Shown: positions 62,945 to 64,000 of the stretch, piece after piece | Numbering within the stretch: position 1 is the first letter of the stretch | How the letters are laid out: every line of letters starts with the position of its first letter | DNA from: Ranitomeya imitator | Lineage: Eukaryota | Assembly (NCBI RefSeq): GCF_032444005.1 | Contig: NC_091284.1 | Coordinates: 621,488,001 to 621,552,000, forward strand | Direction: 5' to 3' | DNA length: 64,000 bases | Notes under the pieces: model-generated | The model's input: the letters and a program-made list of their open reading frames with translations, nothing else | Told to the model about the DNA's origin: nothing | The model's database searches: none | Program-made: the position numbers and the translations under genes

Positions 62945-64000
62945 CCCTCCGTCACATACAACTGATCTGACAGGCGCTTCTCTTTTACTTTCATTTCTCC
63001 TTCCTCACCAGATTGTGAGGAAACCCCCTCCCTCCAGGTAGTCTCCTGTCTCTTGAAGGTCTGTGAAACCTGATATCACAGTTGGATTTCAGAGCTTCAG
63101 GGGAGAGGATATAGCTGCACAGATCTCTCAGGCTCATTGTATGTGAATACGTCACATTCAGTAAGGTTGGTATTTTATGTTTTTATTCATCACAATAGTT
63201 TATTTAGCTTGTTTTATGAATGTATAGCACAAAATGTGAGGATATTTCATAGAAATAAGGGAGATTTTATAAAAGAAAGTGTGCTGCTCAGGCATATACA
63301 GTAGTTCCCTAACATATTCCTTCTCTTGCTTCAGATTATCTGCTGAAATGGAGAGGAAAATGTACAATTTATCCAAACAACTTGATGTTGAGGAAGTAAC
63401 AAACATGCTGTTAGATGATAGAGACCTCACACTGAATGAGGATTTAGGAGAGGAAAGTGAGATTGATTCTCATGATGAGGTGGAAGAATGTGTCCTGGAT
63501 TCTGAAACAGAGCAAGATGGTGACAGTGGTGAGGATGAAGAAGTTGGATCATATTATATTGGAAAAGATAAAAATACTAAATGGAACAAGAAGCCATTCC
63601 AGAAAAAACGTAGGGAACCTTTAAACATTATTACTCACCTTCCTGCAGTAATAGGAACTGCACGTAATGCAAAAACTGCAGTTGAATGCTGGAACAGTAT
63701 ATTTACAGATGACATTCTGGACTCTATTGTCACATATACCAACCAATATATAGACATTATAAAGGACAAGTACATCTGCAACAGAACCATCAAGCCCACA
63801 GATGAAATAGAACTGCGTGCTTTTTTTGGATTACTGTACCTTGCAGGAGCTTATAGGGCAAATAGACAAAGTTTGGAGGAACTTTGGGGTAAAGATGGGG
63901 ATGGAGTTGAAAAATTTAGCCTTGTTATGTCCATAAACAGATTCAAGATTCTAATTCGTTGCCTTCGGTTTGACGACAGAACTACCCGAACCGAACGCAA
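62945..64000 (+). mobile_element. piggyBac-superfamily element, left part
   Basis: TTAA (62941-62944) followed by CCCT, upstream of a transposase ORF; the terminus is not confirmed because the other end lies outside the window. Confidence 0.65.
63348..64000 (+). CDS. piggyBac transposase, N-terminal 217 codons, open to the window end
   Basis: Hand translation: MERKMYNLSK...acidic tract...YYIGKDKNTKW...CWNSIFTDDILDSIVTYTN...ELRAFFGLLYLAG...LEELWGKDGDG...VMSINRFKILIRCLRFDDRTTRTER; no stop codon; missing from the ORF track. Confidence 0.88.
   Translation, partial: MERKMYNLSKQLDVEEVTNMLLDDRDLTLNEDLGEESEIDSHDEVEECVLDSETEQDGDSGEDEEVGSYYIGKDKNTKWNKKPFQKKRREPLNIITHLPAVIGTARNAKTAVECWNSIFTDDILDSIVTYTNQYIDIIKDKYICNRTIKPTDEIELRAFFGLLYLAGAYRANRQSLEELWGKDGDGVEKFSLVMSINRFKILIRCLRFDDRTTRTER

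Overview
Repeat-saturated eukaryotic DNA with four N-gaps. The transposon repertoire suggests a vertebrate, most likely an anuran amphibian (inference). I found no host protein-coding gene, rRNA, tRNA or CRISPR array that I can support. Most ORFs in the track are by-products of minisatellites, MITEs, antisense strands of transposase/RT remnants, or N-gaps. Supportable content: three Tc1 elements (one broken only by a 5-bp duplication), a decayed R4/Dong-type RLE retrotransposon, two nearly identical CR1 3' fragments, an L2-like tail, three non-autonomous Helitrons carrying minisatellites, and many hAT-, Harbinger-, Kolobok/T2- and piggyBac-like non-autonomous elements, several nested with readable target-site duplications (TSDs). 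A piggyBac transposase ORF, absent from the ORF track, runs open off the window end. The most interesting signal is a set of fold-back palindromic elements carrying minimal type-I hammerhead ribozyme (HHR) motifs of the Penelope-like kind. Two have complete motifs on both strands (49460-49633 and 57239-58405), and the second is inserted into a CR1 ORF with a 15-bp TSD. Several decayed relatives share the same polarity.
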